64,000 bases of DNA from Hormiphora californensis (lineage: Eukaryota > Animalia > Ctenophora). Shown piece after piece: positions 14,594 to 32,847 of the stretch. The notes beneath the pieces are model-generated. The model was not told where the DNA came from. It did not search any database and saw nothing but the letters and a program-made list of their open reading frames with translations. The position numbers were made by a program, and so were the translations under genes. The first letter of the stretch is position 1. Every line of letters begins with the position of its first letter. Where the stretch lies: NCBI GenBank assembly GCA_020137815.1, contig CM035359.1, forward strand, positions 6,386,001 to 6,450,000. The letters run 5' to 3'.

Positions 14594-14688
14594 TTCAAAT
14601 TTAATTGCTGTTCAGAACTTCTTCCCGCTCAACGACTGCAAAAGTAGCGGGAAAAGGCGCGAGACAACACACGTTCCTAATTTGGCGC
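14594..14688 (+). promoter_or_regulatory. Candidate E2F/CHR-like motif cluster upstream of the transposase ATG
   Basis: TTCAAA at 14594, CTTCCCGC at 14621, GCGGGAAA at 14647 and TTTGGCGC at 14681. The motifs are short, so a chance cluster is possible. Confidence 0.3.
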
Positions 14689-14734
14689 TCCTGCAGTATA
14701 GCCGTGAGACTTCGGTTATTCGATTTCTATCATC

Positions 14735-17700
14735 ATGATATTCGTTGCTGCTCCGTTACCTTCAACTCGCCCTACTAATTTGAATGTTCTTTCGTATCTA
14801 TACTTTGTTCAAAATAATTTGAATAAAAGAAAAATAGATGACGTCGTCAGAGATTCAGTGATCAAGGATATTGTTTTCCTTTTTCATGGATTAGGGAACA
14901 TGGTCCAGAAGGCTAGTGTTAAGAGGTACATAGCTATTTATATTTCATAGCAGCCATAAATGGAACAACGTGAAGTACACGTATCTATACTACTCGTTAA
15001 TACACAAACTAGTTTGTATTCATTATTTCATAATACTCTGGTATTATTTGGGACTATTGAGCTCTGTTATATTAAGGATAATCCAGTTCTATGCGTTTAG
15101 GTATTAGTATGCTGTATGAGCAATCGGAGCCTTAACTAGTTTCATATCAGGATAGGACCATAAGCTTTGTATAACGAATCTCTTGACGGCCAACTCGACA
15201 TGTAGTTGTACTGTATTGCAGTTTCCATTTCCCACTATAATATTAATTTGCACTTGCACTTGTGAAATCGATTAGGAAGTTCCATTCAAATATCTCAAAA
15301 AATCCAGTTTGATCGGTAATTATAATGTAATTAAATGCCATGACTTTATTTGAGCGAAGAAAATGAAAGTTTATAGAATTAAGCGGTACAGAGAAAATTT
15401 GTGTTGATATTGTCTAGACAGTTTATATGTTGTATCAAATCTGATATTAAAGCGGAATTTAGAACCATTACGTGCTATGATGCGAAACCCATAGTATAAG
15501 GTGAAGTATAGGTATTGATAAGAACTAGGAGGAGAATTAAGATTTAATTATTTTTTTTGTTGGTAAAGAGAGATTTCGAGACACAGACATCGAAGAGAGA
15601 AACATGGGTTGTGGGAATCGAATCATAAGATAGACGGAAGAATACTTTCAAATCAGTGCCTCAGGGTAGAACGGAGAATCCCTATAACCATAGAATGGGT
15701 CAGTGATGCCATACATATGTGCAAGAGATGTGTTGCCTTGTTCTACCAAGATAAGAGATGTGAATAGAAAGTGTAAAATTGCATAACATTTCACATAATC
15801 ATAATTTATTTTATGCATATACTGTATTACCAAGGTTATCCGAGCCACCCTATCCTATCCTGGTTAATTACGCCCCTAACTTATGTGAGAGAGAGTATGA
15901 GAAAGTGAGTGAGAGTGAGATAATTCATGATTATTTTAATTATGACTTCATCAGTAGCTACCAGAAATTGACCTCTAAGGGCTGAGATTTTAATACTAGC
16001 TGATAGGGCCCCTACTAGGGGCCATTAGATTAGTGGGCACAAAAATCAGGTCGATCAGAGTTGATGAATGTTGAAAGTGGCCCCCTATCAGCTAGTATCA
16101 AAATCTCAGCCCTAAGAAGTCAATTTCTGGTAGCTACTGATGACGTCATAATTAACATAATCATGACTAATTAGAGAACGAGAAAAGATTAAGAGCTCTG
16201 CTTCGGCGCATTTTATTCAGGAGAGGGGGAATTTTAAAACCCCTGACATCACCTGACACTCGTCCCTACTAATTATATCATTAACGTGTAAGATATGAAT
16301 TATGAACTCAATTTCGGATGCTGCACTATTCATCTCTATTCATTTTCTTACTCCTAAAATGGTTTTGACCGTATAGCCATAAAACGGCTGTGTGCATCAT
16401 ATTGGGATCGTATTATCCAATTACCTAACTAACCTGATAAGATCAGCACCTAACCCCACAAATACGAGGATACTATGAACAATTTAGTGACCTCGATTTC
16501 CCCTCTAAGTCTAACCGTTTTATTTTGAGCTTTCATCCTATAATAGGCCAGTCATATGATGCATGATAGGGAACATAATATTGATATAAATGTTATTCCA
16601 CTTCTAGGGTTTAAATACTTTTCACTGGTGCCATTTTGTAGGCAATGGCCAAGTTATGGGGGGTCGACTTCGAACTGTTAAGCTCTATCTCTAACCGTTT
16701 AGCCTTTTTTACCGTTTTTGCTCATTTTCAGCACCTTTAAAGCGAAATAACGGCTAAACGATTGGAGCTTAAAAGTCCGTGGTCGACTCCCCATAACTTG
16801 GCCATTGCCTACAAAATGGCACCAGTGAAAAGTCTTGGCTATAGCCATATAGCCAAAAAACGGTTATGCACAAACCTAATTATCCAATTATCTAATTCAC
16901 CAGATGTGATAGAGACTTAATTCCAGCACCTACCCCCACTAATATGAGGACGCTAATCACTTTATTGCCCTTTGTTTTTTCTCTACTCCTATTCTAAGGC
17001 TACTTATAGTTTTGGCTTCAGCCTGAAAATACCTTGGTGACATAGACACCTACCTGGCGCGACCCCCACACACAGGTGTCCGCTCCGCCCCCCAAAAATG
17101 GGTCGTTTCTTTCAAGGGATGTTGCACGCGATCCACTGGACCGATTTTCATCCGGTTCGCAAAAGACTACAAATTGATCCTAATATACTGGAAAATACCC
17201 GAGAAGTTTGTCTGTCAACAGGAAGTGGGTCAAAATTGACACTGAAAGCAAATCTATAATATGGCTTCCGAGAGTTTTTGCAACACTCCTAGGCGGTTTA
17301 GACTGACGATGTTGGGAGATATGTTTAGGCCTTGTGAGTACTGTGAAATACCTGGCATCAAATTCTGATGCTAATTGCATCAACATATCTCCCAATATCT
17401 TCTAAACCGCATGGGCGTAGTGCAGAAACTCTCGGAAGTCAGAAACTCTCGGTAGTAGATTTGACTTCAGTGTCAATTTTGACCCACTTCCTGTTGATAC
17501 TATCAATATATATACTGATTCTATATGATAGAATATATATCAATGATAGACAAAATTCTCGGGTATTTTCCAGTACTCAGAGTTTTTGTTATTCTCTCTG
17601 TGGCTGGACAAATGAATCAGACGGGTATAATGACGCTACCAGTTTCGAGGATCTACCTCTTCATCGGGCTACAAAAATAAATAGTGTTAATTATAAATAT

Positions 17701-20700
17701 ATAGTAAAAACTAAATTTTTTACTATATATTTATAATTAACACTATTTATTTTTGTAGCCCGATGAAGAGGTAGATCCTCGAAACTGGTAGCGTCATTAT
17801 ACCCGTCTGATTCATTTGTCCAGCCACAGAGAGAATAACAAAAACTCTGAATATCAAACATGAGGCTAATAAACAGTTATCCGATCACCCAACTGTCTAT
17901 TTTCCAGTACATTAGGATCAATTTGTAGTCTTTTGCGACAAACCGGATGCAAATCGGTCTAGTGGATCGCGTACAAAATCCCTTGAAACTTGAAAGAAAC
18001 GACCCTTTTTGGGGCGGAGGGGTCACCTGTGTGTGAGCTCAATCTCAGTCGCGCCAGGTCACCACGAAAATACCATGTAACCAATTAGACCCAATTTAGT
18101 CAAGTTGTCCATCGAGTCGAGAGAGACGGACGACGGTTTTACTTGGTGGTTCTTGGGACCCATTGAAGTAGTTTTTGATACAATATGAATACCCTATACG
18201 AGTGATCTGATCATGCGCCTCTAACTCATAAGATAAGGGCTCAGACTCCATTTATCAATATCTTACCATTATAATATCTAATGCTTGTTTCATCTTGCGG
18301 ATCTGCACGTTGAACATCGTTCCTGAACAGATAATCAGTTAGAATCACAGAAACTATCTTGAATTTATGTGTTACTGTTACTCCTAAAATAGTCTGATTT
18401 TATTTGATTCCTTTAACTTAAAGCGTAATTTATTTCAGGCAAGTGGAGACACTCAACGCTGAGAGATCTCTTATTACCAGAAACAAGACTGCTACCAAGA
18501 AGCGATTACAGTTTCAACAGTCTTTGGCCGATTGTTTCATGAAGAACTCTTGGGATGTGAGTAATGTTTGCTACTAAGTAATACATTTTAGCAATTTCGT
18601 ACTTTATCATAATTTTTCTCAGCTCTCAATATATAATAGGTTAGCTAAACCGACTGTAGTTCTAGTTATTCAGTAATGTCACTTCAGTAAGGCCACTTCA
18701 GTAATGCCACTAAATTACTTGGTTCCTACGTGTGGGATTGTTCACACTTATTCATGCTTAATACTATTTATTATTTCAGATATTCGACAAAACTCGTGCG
18801 AAACCCGAACCGATATGTAAAGTGCCCAGTGCTAGCCCTAAATGCACTACAAGTACCGATATATCGGCCGATAATATTTTGCGTACACAGCTGAGGCCAT
18901 GGATCAGCGAGCCATTCGAGGAACTCAAGCAACAAGTAAATAACACTTGAATAGTCACTTAATAATTACAATCGCCCCTATATAATTATATGGTATATTA
19001 TATCGGAAAGACATAGTAGGCCACATAGTACATTAAGTTTCACTAGTAAATGTATATATATATATATATAATATATATATGTATGTAAATTTAAACTCCA
19101 ACAGAGTTCATGTGTTGCCACGCATGATATTAGTCTCATCTTCAGTAGTTGATAGCAGTATATGGACAACTGAGACAATGATTATATTGCAGGAAATAAA
19201 TTACACGACGGTTTCGTTGAACATCGACATCATCGGGATGCTCAAATTAATTTGTTTAAAGTAGTGTTGAAAAGTTGTCCATATACTGCTATCAACTACT
19301 AAACTCCAACACAGATTAAAAGTGGTGAGTTAGACATGGAGGATGATGAGGCAGCCGACCCCACTTACTTGCCCGAGAAACAGAAGTGTGAAACGAAGCT
19401 TCATTGGGCTGCCAAGGTGGCACACCAATACGGCATTTCACAAAAAGCATTCTCCCGTATGACTGAGGCCCTTCATATGGTATGTTTTACCCTATTCAGT
19501 TTAAATTTATTTTTTATAATATGGACAACTGATCTATACCGAGTTTCAGTTGTCCATATTACAGAAATTATTACATTATCTTTATTACACTCATATCCAC
19601 CTGAAAAATACAACAACATGAGTGCGAAAAACACCAAATTTATTATTTGTTAAAAATAACTATGTCACCCTTAACTTTTTCAATTTCTCATGTTTTTAGG
19701 ATTATTTTAAGGAACGAATTACGTGCTCCAACAAGAAAGTTATGAAGGCAATGGATGTATCGGCAGAGCAAGCCCTAGAGAACCTGCGTAATGCTGAATC
19801 CCCCATCGGAATTTATTTCGATGGGAAACGGGTTATGAAGGCACTACGGAAAGGTCGGTCTGTGCAAGAACAGATCACCGTTCTAGGGTTCTGTGGGGAA
19901 GAGGATCCGGAATACTATGCGTATTGTCTGCCAGATGAGCCTTTTAGTAAGTTCCTGTTTCTGACAATTTTGCTCAACATCTTTATAGCTTATCAATACT
20001 CTTGCTCTAAATAACAATGCAAAGGCACCATATTGAATTGTATCTAAAAATTACGAAATTTTCAGCTGGAGTTGAGAAACCGGCTGAACTGATTGCCAAG
20101 GGCATAATCAGCCACCTGGAAAGACTTGGCATCAGCACTGACCGGGTGAAAGTTGTTGGTTGTGACGGGTGCTCTACTAACACTGGCAGAGTTGGAGGTG
20201 AATAAAAAAATAAGTATTAAGTACAAGTAAATGATATGATGGAGATAAAACTCACACATATCACTAATCGGGGTATGGGGACTTGCCCCAGCAATGACAA
20301 AGTCATCATTAGTGTTGTCTCCGGGTTGTCCCGAGATAGAAAGAGAGAGATGGCAAGAGAGAGACTGCTATTACAGGGAGTGAGAGAGATAGGGATGACT
20401 GCAGCCTTGCAGCTCTGATGAAGGGTACATTTCCCGTACCATGAAGGGTCTTCACAAGACCACGGGTGTTCGAAACAAATTTCTTTTGTTTGTAATTCTG
20501 ACTACCTTTAGCTATGCCTTATACTACGAATGTTTCAGGGATTGTTTACCACCTCCAAAAGATATTAAAAAGAAGGCTCCAGCTATGTTCCTGCAGTCTC
20601 CATCGTGTAGAGCTGGGGTTAAAAGCCACAGCAATTTATTACTCTGGAGGAACCATTTCCCCAAAATCTTTTCGGGGTACTCTAGGCCAACTACTATCTT

Positions 20701-21928
20701 CGGATTTACATGACCGTCCGGTAAAACAGGTAAATAAGCCAGCTGATATTTATATTATTTATGTTAATCTGATTAAATAATATAATATATTATATAACAT
20801 ATAATATAAGATATATTTTATTGAGTGCTTGTTTATATTCAATACTTACCGAATTATTTTCAGTACACCTGGATGGGCGTAGCAAGAGAACTTCCGGAAA
20901 AGGTGGTAAACAGCTTAAGTAGCGACAACAAGCTCCTCTATTATTACTGTCTAACTGTTGCTGCTGGTAGGTTCCTGTAACAAAGAAGTATTACGTATAC
21001 GGGAAAAGATTATTTTTTGCAATCTAATAAAATATCTTTTTAGGTCCTCAATTTGCTCCTGATGGGACATGGGTGCCCAACCACCCAGGTGTTCCAGCAA
21101 ACTTGATGACCATGAAAATTGGGCCTCTGTTTCATGCCCGTTGGCTCACCCTGGCGTGCCGGATTATGAGACTGTATATGTCTATATCTGATGGCCACCC
21201 CCAACTCGGGATTATAAAGAACTTGGCCCTATACGTGGCAAAAATTTATTTCCCTGTCCACATGGCGATTAAGGTAAAATTACTTACATATGTTATATAT
21301 GTACTAAATATAATATATATATATATGCATTATATTTAGTATATACTTACTTGGTTTTATGAATAAACAATCGATTATTAATAGAAAAATTATTTTGGCC
21401 TAAAGTTATAATATTCTAGGAGAAGAGCAGCATGGAATGGGGGCCTCATCATCTCCTAAAGGAGATAGATTTAGTTAGATCTGCGTATCACCTGAACCCT
21501 ACCGTCAAAAAACTGGTGCAAAGCAAAAATATTTAACAACCCCTGGTATGGACACCCTGATAGCGTGCTAATAGCTATGTTACGTAAGTGGATTTAAGTT
21601 TTTACAACATACAAAACAAGCAAAAAGAACAGTCTTTTACTATTTTTTTGAAAAAGTTTATACCTGTAGTTTTATACAAATTAAAAACAACAGCAGTTTT
21701 TAAGTACCTGTAGTTTTATGCATTTTCATTTTCACAGATTCTTCCGAGCCAAGAATGATTGAAAAGGCCAATAAGATCATTGATAAAGTTAAGGCATTCC
21801 CCCCACAACGAGTTGGAGAAGTACACAAGCCCTATCTGAACATGAACGCCCAGACAATCGACCAACTGTGCTCTTTCAAAATACCGGTATGTTTTTTAAA
21901 TTTTAGGGAGATTAGGTGGGACAAAAAT

Positions 21929-21999
<71 letters not shown>

Positions 22000-22608
22000 C
22001 ACTAAAACATCGGTTTACCATCTAAAAAGATGGACGATTAATAAGCTATTATAATACGTTGTCAACTGATATTAAAATCAAAATTACCCTATATTACCCT
22101 AAATTAGTAATATTATTACCCTATAATTATATATAAATTGCCTTGTTCGACCCTCTCTCCCTGCATAAAACGAAACAAAATAAACCCATAGGTCTGCTGA
22201 AGTTCTGCCGCACTAAATATCGATACCTAAAATAATCCCGATCATTATTTCAGAAAAAAGGACCATATTCAGGGATCCCGTGCTTTGCAGTTCAGATAAG
22301 AAAAGACAATGACGTCATAAAGAAATGGCGGCCAGTGTCTTTACCTCCTGCACTCGGCATTGACCCATCGATAAGCCCCAATCACTGCCAGCAGGTCGAG
22401 AGGCATGTACAAACCAGTGCATCAGTTTCAGAAAGGTATGTTTAGACCTAAATCTTGCCTAACTAAAGAGTAGTTAACATCGTTATTAAAATAATATAGT
22501 CTAACCTTGCATCCCCTTAGATTTAAGAGTGACTGGAAAAGTATGTGCAGCGCCATAGTAAAGGAACAAGAGCGCAAAAGAATAAGATTGGAAAAATCAG
22601 AGATGTAA
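14735..22608 (+). CDS. Intron-rich hAT-superfamily (hATx/hATm-type) DDE transposase or transposase-derived gene, 13 exons, ~704 aa, one +1 frameshift in exon 10
   Basis: Phase-compatible GT-AG exons: 14735-14925, 18439-18556, 18780-18935, 19315-19479, 19700-19946, 20066-20197, 20539-20729, 20864-20966, 21044-21273, 21420-21583, 21738-21886, 22254-22435, 22521-22608 (TAA). Motifs in the expected order: PTNLNVLSYLYF, YGISQKA, GIYFDGK (D1), VVGCDGCSTNTG (D2), CSLHRVEL (CxxH), LSSDNKLLY, GPLFHARWLTLACRIMRLY, NPWYGHPDSVLIAML, PNHCQQVERHV (E). One extra A in an A-run at ~21520-21529 shifts the frame. Subfamily assignment is from recalled motifs. Confidence 0.85.
17577..17897 (+). mobile_element. 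Penelope-like element insertion: inverted pseudo-LTR pair plus 47-nt tail
   Basis: Perfect 134-bp inverted arms (17577-17710, 17717-17850), a 6-nt spacer and an unpaired tail at 17851-17897. 13-bp TSD TATTTTCCAGTAC (17564-17576, 17898-17910). The empty site is visible in the opposite arm of the host MITE (~17181-17203). Confidence 0.75.
17755..17796 (+). ncRNA. Minimal type I hammerhead ribozyme-like motif (variant core); mirror copy on - strand ~17631-17672
   Basis: GC-CCGATGA-A-GAGG(TAGAT)CCTC-GAAAC-TG-GTA-GC. The core is CCGAUGA instead of CUGAUGA, with a 4-bp stem II, GAAA and a GUA site. Stem I is weak. Confidence 0.55.
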
Positions 22609-22749
22609 AAGACTGTGTTATTTTGATTTGTTATGTAAAACATGACTTTTTGGTTGTGAATATCATGTAAACTTGGACACCTATTTGTTTTAGCACATGT
22701 TATAGATACATAACTGCTGTGTTTTATTTTTCAGTTGAAGTGAAATAGA

Positions 22750-28400
<5,651 letters not shown>

Positions 28401-30138
28401 CCCCCATAGCTTGCCTGCTACGAAAGGCAAATCAAGTCTGCGAAATCAGGGGATGTAATCCAAACTCATTGGGTAACACCGCTTCTCCTCCTACATCATC
28501 CTCATACCTTCAATCATATCAAACCTCACCCCATCCTTCTCAATAGCCACTTCCAGGATAAAAGTTGTAATTCCGGTCAATTAGACCCAATTATGCCCAA
28601 TTAGAGTACTTTATAAAAGTAAAAAACAAACTGAGCAGCAATTAGCAATTCTTAGCATGTTGATATTTTGTGCCTAGTCGTTTGTGCGGAGATTTTAAAA
28701 ATAATGCGACACTGCTGAAAGACGCTGACAATGTTAATTACGGTAAGCGGACTCTAGTGCTAAAATCACTTACCTGTTATTACATAAATACAACAACGAA
28801 TCACTTGGGTATACCTTGATGTTGATATTCTTGATGGCTGCCAGCATTAAATCACGTCTCATCTTATCATTGAATTATCCAATCTTTAAGTTCCACAGTC
28901 AAAATCTGTCAAACACCTAGAAATAAGCAGATAATGATAGCTAGAGATGGATTAGAAATATGAAAGAGGTAAAGCAAAGGAAGCGATTTTTAATGAAAAT
29001 AATGCTTATTGAAGATACGAAACCTACCTGATACTTGAAGCGTGATCTGAAATGTATTTAACGTAGTGCAGCCATAGTTTCATACATAGGTGGAGTCTTT
29101 CTTCTATCGTGATCCTGCTATCAATATAAACTGCAATATTAAATAAGAATATCGAAATATTTTAATGAAACAACTCTAAATTAAAATAAAATTAGGGGGC
29201 TGGGGTGGGTAAAACTATATAATACACTGACTAGAGTAACAGTTCTCATGATATTTAACATAGGAGCCATTTACAATTGACAACAAATGGGCGATCAAAG
29301 ATAAAGAACCACCTGGCAAAGCTGCAGGTGGGATGTTAACAAGCTTTGCTTGAAGTGCACCCTATATAGAGAAATTGCGAGCACTCACCCATGGCAGTTT
29401 CTTATTGGCCGCAGTGGGGAATGACGAAGGTGCCATCTGTACTACTCGTGAAAATACTCTCACTGAACATCATACCACTCACTTAGTGATACCAGCACCG
29501 CTATATAGTGAGGGCCGTGAGTGATCGAGCTGGTAGTGTGGAGGGGCAGTGCGGTAGGTTTCCGCTAGAAACGACTAGTTCACCCCGAGGTATGCCGGGT
29601 CACCCTGACAGTTTCTTGTGGTACTGCAAGAAGAGCATTCATGTGAAATTTATCCGTCTTACGTTATAATAGGCCATAAGGTTTCTGCAAGATAATAGAG
29701 TCCTTCTAAAGCTCGCATTTTATACTGTGATTGGACTGTGTTTAACATCTGGGCTGGGTAAGATGGTCTTGAAGTCTAGATCCATGTTTTACTAACACTG
29801 GTAGGGACAAAATTATAATTTTGCAAATATATTTCATGCACATCATATTAGTTATAATTAATGTGATATATTCTAGCATTATTGTACAAGGTAACTCAAC
29901 AGCAGAATCAAATTCCGATTGAAGATCAAAGCTTCAAATATCAATATCAAATGAGACAGATAAAGAAATTGTAGTAATGACGACTAATAAAACGAGAGGG
30001 ATAAAAAGAGAGGGAAGTGGGCAGGGAAATAAAGGAAAGTAGTGATATTAAAAGATGAGAAGGGAGAGAAAAGAGGGGTGAGAGAGATACTGAGAGATAG
30101 GCTGAGAGAGAGCGCGAGAGAGAGAGAGCGAGAGAGAG

Positions 30139-30246
<108 letters not shown>

Positions 30247-30488
30247 CAACAGCTACCAGCGAAAGGTGTTGAAATTCAATTGCTGATAAGGGATGGGAAC
30301 TGAACCAATTTGTACCAGGCTGTGACTTTGAAGTCTAGACACTGAAGGCTGTGCCGCTGTGGGCCACTACCACGTGGGGATTATATGTGTGCTGATTGGT
30401 TTCCTCGTGACATTATTCGTCCAACCATTAGTCAATGTCAAATCACGTGATACCCTCCGCAATCTTTAGTAGAAATGAAATAATTCTA

Positions 30489-31375
30489 CAGGGGTGGGCA
30501 TAAAAAATGTCCGCCCTAGACTAGCATGGTTCCAGATATTGTAGAGCGCCAAAATTTGGCAGAGTTACTCTATGGGACAAATAAATAGGTTGACCAAAAT
30601 TTCAGACTTTTAGCTCAAAGTTCATTTTTTGATCGGAATGAACATTGTCATTCATTCCAAAAAAACATAAATTTTTGCTCCAGAAGTCAAACAATTGTCT
30701 TTGGCTATCGAATTTCTTTCAAATGCGACCAAGAAAATCAAACACAGACAACCACAAGGCACACAGTGATCATGTTTCTGGCAGTTAGTCAGGTCATGTG
30801 ATCCTCACCGAATCGTGGACAACTTTCTGAATTGCTGGTCAGGCTTATTGGGGAAGAATCACGTATCATAGCCGCTAATGAGGAATGTGTATCGAAAAAG
30901 CGACATGTGATTCGAGAGCACTGGGATAAAGAGGCCACTTGTTAATGAGTCTCGGATCTCATGGCCAATCATCTTCGTCATCCCTCATTGGCGGCTGTGA
31001 TACGTGATTCTCCACAACTAATCCTGATTAGCAGTTCAGAATAGTCCACGATTCGATAGGGATCACGTGACTTGACTAACTGTCGGAAACATGACCTCTG
31101 TGTGCCTTGTGTCTGTCCGTTTTCGATTTTCTTGGTCGCATTTGAAAGAAATTCGATAGCCAAAGACAATTGTTTGACTTCTAGACCGAAAATTCATGTT
31201 TTTTGGAATGACTGACAATGTTCATTCCGATCAAAAAAATGAACTTTGAGCTAAAAGTCTGAAATTTTGGTCAACCTATTTATTTGTTCTATAGAGTAAC
31301 TCTGCCAAGTTTTAGCCCTCTACGATATCTGGAACTATGCTAGTCTAGGGCGGACATTTTTTATGCCCACCCCTG
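30489..31375. mobile_element. 887-bp Tc1/mariner-type foldback element
   Basis: TA|CAGGGGTGGGCATAAAAAATGTCCGCCC…GGGCGGACATTTTTTATGCCCACCCCTG|TA, with ~390-bp arms. Confidence 0.9.
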
Positions 31376-31739
31376 TATCTCTGCAGAGCCCTGTGTATCA
31401 ATGCGCGGAAAATCTTAGCGCGGCACAAATCCCATACTGCTCTCTGATTGGTTGATTAAAAACTTGAAAAATGCAAAGCTTGCCATGGGAGTTGGAAGCT
31501 AATCTTGGGCTCAATGGACAGCTGTTACCTAGTAGAGTCTGAAAATCTATCTACTGTAAAATTTCATGACATCAAGCACTGCCCTATCATAGTGTTGTGT
31601 TGGTACACGGAGAAGAATACAAGAATCGAAAAAAAACTTGGCATACGTTGCAGGCCCCTTATAATATAATAATATTGCGGGGGTGCGCGCATGAGGGGGC
31701 TGCAGCGCATTGGCATACGTTCGCGTTGCAGGCCCCTTA

Positions 31740-32290
31740 TAATATAATATAAGGGGCCTGGAGGGAATACCGCGCTAGGGGGGAATACATAATCAATCAT
31801 ATCTCCGGTTCCAGATAAGGTACAGAAATCGTTTTGGTAGCGTTGGAAAGAGAAAGATAACAGCTTTTAAATGCAACCGGTTTCAGGTCTCTATCTTATC
31901 AGGAACAGGAGATATGAACCAAACTCCGCAAAATCGAGTGCGGTAAAACAAAAAAATTCGAGATTTTAATTCAAATTTGAAACAAAGTGTCCCTGCAGGG
32001 ACCTGTGACGTCACTTTTTGAAAACAACCAATCTTTGAACGGCTATTGCTCAGCCTCCTCAAGTCCAATTAACTTTTCTCAAAAACAGCAAGGTAGATAA
32101 TTGTCAGATCTAACAGCTAGTGAAAGAATTAAGCAAAACGGACTTCAGGGGCCAAAGTTATAAGCACCGCCGTTTTTTCGACCGCAAAGTTATTTTCGAC
32201 CCAGCCGGGCTCAGGTCAAACGCGCGCGCGGCATTCCCTCCAGTCCCCTCGTTGCGGGGGTGCGCGCATGAGGGGGCTGCAGCGCATTCC
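31740..32290. repeat. ~550-bp interspersed repeat; near-identical inverted copy at ~50008-50556
   Basis: The two loci give near-identical ORF translations (MDLRRLSNSR…, …FFDRKVIFDPAG…). Ends carry AAGGGGCCTG / CAGGCCCCTT motifs. Confidence 0.85.
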
Positions 32291-32735
32291 AATGCAGCGC
32301 ATTCCAAAAAAAAACTTTCTAAAGTCACATTTTTAATGAGTGTCGCGTGGCGCGCACCAAATTTAGTGCGCGTCCACGAAATTTCCCGAAATCGATCAAG
32401 CCATGGCCACTATTACGGTGGCTGATTCACGCCAACTTTTTTCTCGATGAAAAAATATTGAAAGAAAAAATATGAAGAAAAATTTCAACGAAAAAAAAAT
32501 ATACAAACTTTTTTGGCGTGAATCAGCCACCAGCCATGGCTGATCTCCGCCAACGTTTCACAAAAAAACATTGGCGTGAATCAGCCACCCCATGGCTGAT
32601 CCACGCCAAGTGCGCGCGCACTCAATAATAATGTTTGCGCTGCAGGTGCGCGCGTTTTGCTGCAAAACTCAGTTTTCTTTCTTGATCTATATTTTTTTCT
32701 TTCGAGTTTGGACGCGAAACCGGTTCGAGTTCTAA

Positions 32736-32834
32736 CTCTTCATACGGTTACCCCCTTTCTCTCTTCGGCAGCTTCTCTTCGGCTGTTGGAAAGTGATGCC
32801 AATCGGTGTTGGGGTTAGTGAATTAAAATAAAAA
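32736..32834 (+). mobile_element. Short retroposed 3' fragment with A-rich tail
   Basis: Ends in AATTAAAATAAAAA and is flanked by the 13-bp direct repeat GTTCGAGTTCTAA (32723-32735, 32835-32847). Confidence 0.6.
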
Positions 32835-32847
32835 GTTCGAGTTCTAA

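Larger units (their letters stand above)
17034..18065. mobile_element. Mutator-like foldback MITE
   Basis: Long imperfect TIRs (T/GTGGTGAC…GTCACCAC) with 9-bp TSD GAAAATACC (17025-17033, 18066-18074). Confidence 0.75.

Noticed and set aside
20414-20500. CTGATGA…CGAAAC second hammerhead candidate in a transposase intron
   Set aside because: The region between the core motifs forms two separate hairpins, and no convincing stem I or closing stem II pairing was found.
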